From contig CAYUYM010000004.1 in assembly GCA_964449305.1 (NCBI GenBank), positions 2,305 to 66,304 of the forward strand: 64,000 nt of DNA. Direction: 5' to 3'. Shown here piece after piece: positions 61,494 to 64,000 of this stretch; positions within the stretch are counted from its first letter, which is position 1; the number at the start of each line of letters is the position of its first letter. Under the pieces are notes generated by a model. It ran no database searches and was not told where the DNA came from. It was given only the letters and a program-made list of their open reading frames with translations. A program made the translations under genes and the position numbers. This DNA comes from an uncultured Chromatiales bacterium (GTDB lineage: Bacteria > Bacteroidota > Ignavibacteria > SZUA-365 > CAYQST01).

Positions 61494-61582
61494 TACCGGA
61501 AAATTGCGTCATGAAGTATACGGAAACGCCAACAAAAAAGGCAGTCGGAAGCGACTGCCTTGGGAGGGGAAACGCGGAAGCG

Positions 61583-62329
61583 TCAACGCGAGACGAGGAC
61601 CCGGCGGCTCATTGCGTCGGTGCCGGTGGTCAGCTTGCAGATGTAGATGCCGGCTGGGACGGGTGAACCGTTCTGGCTGCGTCCATCCCAGGCCACCGTG
61701 AAGGTGCCCGCCTGGGACCAGGTGTTGACGAGGGTGCGGACTTCCTGTCCGAGCATGTCATACACTTTCATCGTCACGGTACCGGAGCCGGGGAGGCCGT
61801 AGGAGAAGGTGGTCTGCCGGTCACGGTTCATGCTGAAGGGGTTCGGGTAGTTCTGGCTGAGTGACATGGCCTTCGGTGCGGTGAGGGACACCACGCTTGT
61901 TGTGGTGCTGGTGGTGCACGAGAGGGAGATCGTCACGAATTCCTGCGGATTGTTTTTGTTGGACAGCTTGTACACCACCGTGCCGTTGCCGGGTGTCGGT
62001 GACGTCTCGAAAGTTGCCTTGAAGAATGCGGTCTCGTTCGGAAGCAGTTCGTCATCCATCTTGGTGGCGTTGGGGGCCCAGCATTGCTTGAGGCAGAGGG
62101 TGTTGGACCATCCTTCCGGGAAGATCTGCTGCGTACGTTCGATGTGGACAAGCAGGGCGCTCGATGTGAGGTTGGTGACATCCACATGTGCATCGAGGTA
62201 CTCCCCCGCCAGGCCGGTGACGCTGCCCGATGTGGCGCTCACCCTGAAGGACTGCTGGGCGATACCCAGTCCTCCGAACGGCATGATCAGAAGGGCGGCG
62301 ATGGTCAACGAGAGTAGGAGTTTTTTCAT
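61583..62329 (-). CDS. Secreted hypothetical protein with a T9SS C-terminal sorting domain
   Basis: Signal peptide MKKLLLSLTIAALLIMPFGG. C-terminal SLSQNYPNPFS...GTVTMKVYDMLGQEV...GIYICKL is a classic T9SS CTD. Confidence 0.78.
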   Translation of the reverse strand: MKKLLLSLTIAALLIMPFGGLGIAQQSFRVSATSGSVTGLAGEYLDAHVDVTNLTSSALLVHIERTQQIFPEGWSNTLCLKQCWAPNATKMDDELLPNETAFFKATFETSPTPGNGTVVYKLSNKNNPQEFVTISLSCTTSTTTSVVSLTAPKAMSLSQNYPNPFSMNRDRQTTFSYGLPGSGTVTMKVYDMLGQEVRTLVNTWSQAGTFTVAWDGRSQNGSPVPAGIYICKLTTGTDAMSRRVLVSR

Positions 62330-62571
62330 GGGTGGTCCAATCATAAAATGGTGACGTGTCCGAAAATACAGCGTTTTCTTGGAAAATCGAAATCCGTTGT
62401 CAAGGTATTTCGTCGGCGCCTTGTTGGTTAGACACAGCAACGTGAAAAAAGTTTCAGACGGGGACGACACCTTCATCGCCGCAGACACGGGAGCAGGAGA
62501 CTGTGTGCATCGCCCGTGCATCTTCCGTATCTTTATGGGATTGTGATCGATCCGAAATTCAGAGACACGGA

Positions 62572-63657
62572 ATGTTTGACAAACTCGACGGCGCCATAGA
62601 CCACTACAACGATCTCACCGACAGAATGTCGCAGACGGAGGTTGTGATGAACCAGGAGCTGTACCGCTCGCTTGCGAAGGAGCGGAGTCAGCTCGAACCC
62701 ATTGTGAGGGAGTACCTGCGCTACAGGAAACTGCGGGACGACATCGCCGGCCTCGAATCGCTTCTCGCGGAAGGCCCCGATGCGGAGATGGAGGACATGG
62801 CACGTGGGGAGCTTGCCGAAGCCCGTCGGCTGATCGAGGCGTCGGAAACGGAGCTCAAGCTTCTGTTGGTCCCGGGCGACCCCGATGATTCGAAGGATGT
62901 GATCGTGGAAATCCGGGCCGGCACCGGCGGGGACGAGGCGGCCATCTTTGTCGGCGATCTCTACCGCATGTACAGCCGCCATGCCGAGCTTCGCGGATGG
63001 AGGCAGGAGGTCATCTCCGTGAGCGAGTCCGAGCGCGGCGGTTACAAGGAGATCGTCTTCAGCCTCGTCGGGCAGAACGTGTATGCAGACATGAAGTTCG
63101 AGTCCGGAGTACACCGTGTGCAACGCGTGCCCGAGACGGAGGCACAGGGCCGCGTTCACACATCCGCCGCATCCGTGGCCGTGCTGCCCGAGGTGGAGGA
63201 TGTGGACGTCACCATTGATGATGCCGATGTGCGCATCGACATCTTCCGGTCCGGTGGCAAGGGCGGGCAGAACGTGAACAAGGTGGAGACGGCGGTGCGT
63301 CTGACGCACATCCCCACGGGCATTGTCGTGTCGTGCCAGGAGGAGCGCTCGCAGCTCAAGAACCGGCAGAAGGCGTTCAAGGTGCTGCGCGCCCGACTCT
63401 ACGAACGTCGGTTGAGCGAACAGACCGCGCAGATCACCGCGCAGCGTCGACTCATGGTCGGCTCGGGTGACAGGTCGGACAAGATCCGGACCTACAACTT
63501 TCCCCAGAACCGCTTCACCGACCATCGCATCGGCCTCACGCTCTACAGCCTGGCCGAGATCATTGAGGGCAACCTCGACACCGTTGTCGAGCAGCTCAAG
63601 ATTGCGGATCGGACGGACCGACTCAACGAGGGCATCGAAGGGAGGGCCGCATCATGA
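62572..63657 (+). CDS. prfA: Peptide chain release factor 1
   Basis: PxT-region context, GGQ motif ([21 protein letters not shown]) and overall RF1 architecture. Start at MFDKLDG. Confidence 0.93.
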   Translation: MFDKLDGAIDHYNDLTDRMSQTEVVMNQELYRSLAKERSQLEPIVREYLRYRKLRDDIAGLESLLAEGPDAEMEDMARGELAEARRLIEASETELKLLLVPGDPDDSKDVIVEIRAGTGGDEAAIFVGDLYRMYSRHAELRGWRQEVISVSESERGGYKEIVFSLVGQNVYADMKFESGVHRVQRVPETEAQGRVHTSAASVAVLPEVEDVDVTIDDADVRIDIFRSGGKGGQNVNKVETAVRLTHIPTGIVVSCQEERSQLKNRQKAFKVLRARLYERRLSEQTAQITAQRRLMVGSGDRSDKIRTYNFPQNRFTDHRIGLTLYSLAEIIEGNLDTVVEQLKIADRTDRLNEGIEGRAAS

Positions 63658-64000
63658 CCGCTGTCCGCATCGGTGACATCCCCGTGGGTGGAGGTGCGCC
63701 GCTCGTGCTATTCGCCGGACCCTGCGTGGTGGAGGGGCGGGACATGCTGTTCGCCACGGCACAGCGGCTGAAGGCCCTCGCCGGCTGGTTTGGCATGCCG
63801 CTGGTGTTCAAGTCCTCCTACAAGAAGGCCAACCGCACGGCGCTCGCCGGTTTCACCGGCATCGGCGTGGCGGAGGCCATGGATGCGCTGCGCGAGGTGA
63901 AGCGCGAACTTGGCCTTCCCATCATCACCGACATTCACACGGAGGAGGAGGCGCGCCAGGCCGCGGAATTCGCCGATGTGCTTCAGATCCCCGCCTTCCT
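63654..64000 (+). CDS. kdsA: 3-deoxy-8-phosphooctulonate synthase, 5' fragment (runs off the window)
   Basis: The N-terminus ([26 protein letters not shown]...[14 protein letters not shown]) is diagnostic of KdsA/DAHP-synthase-I. The ATG overlaps the prfA stop. Confidence 0.85.
   Translation, partial: MTAVRIGDIPVGGGAPLVLFAGPCVVEGRDMLFATAQRLKALAGWFGMPLVFKSSYKKANRTALAGFTGIGVAEAMDALREVKRELGLPIITDIHTEEEARQAAEFADVLQIPAF

Overview
This 64 kb window is a high-GC (~65%) chromosomal segment. It is densely packed with about 58 protein genes on both strands plus one tRNA-Pro(UGG). There is no rRNA, no CRISPR array, and no transposase, integrase or phage gene. Most genes are preceded by Shine-Dalgarno-like GGAG sequences, and several secreted proteins end in a type IX secretion system (T9SS) C-terminal sorting domain. 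The likely source is therefore a high-GC T9SS-bearing bacterium of the FCB group; that is an inference only. The high GC produces many long antisense ORFs in the six-frame track, and I treat these as spurious.

Recognisable modules, left to right:
- Two large membrane-integral PP2C/SpoIIE phosphatases sit at the two ends of the window.
- 2960-6433: proline/BCAA catabolism and stress genes (P5C dehydrogenase, OsmC, IlvE).
- 10404-16003: a WecA-like glycosyl-1-phosphate transferase followed by a HlyD adaptor, an ABC ATPase and two FtsX-type permeases, immediately upstream of a 968-aa T9SS cargo protein. The cargo gene is bracketed by imperfect direct repeats.
- 19243-21272: tandem PAP2 phosphatases.
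- 22415-23473: ahpC-ahpD.
- 23549-25042: a vWA-domain T9SS cargo protein.
- 27476-28933: photolyase.
- 29128-35662: a complete Pho-type phosphate uptake locus (OprO/P porin, pstSCAB, phoU), preceded by a candidate Pho box. PstC carries an unusual ~170-aa acidic insertion.
- 36091-38785: a translationally coupled DUF192 / HMA metallochaperone-like lipoprotein / TlpA-like thiol-disulfide oxidoreductase / alkaline phosphatase operon.
- 40694-50555: an N-glycan-type catabolic locus (CPXCG zinc-ribbon protein, sigma-54 response regulator, GH92 alpha-mannosidase, Tat-exported GH-A hydrolase, Tat-exported glycosylasparaginase, lipoprotein).
- 52099-52590: ferritin.
- 52820-58335: a mixed envelope operon (PorV/FadL-like outer-membrane protein, DUF1684, lipoprotein, tadA, mmuM, a TSP3-repeat outer-membrane protein).
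- 62572-64000: prfA and kdsA.

The most interesting candidates for new biology are the dedicated alkaline-phosphatase maturation-like operon, the insertion-bearing PstC, the repeat-bracketed T9SS cargo gene next to a glycolipid-type exporter, and the porin-less N-glycan locus under a sigma-54 regulator.
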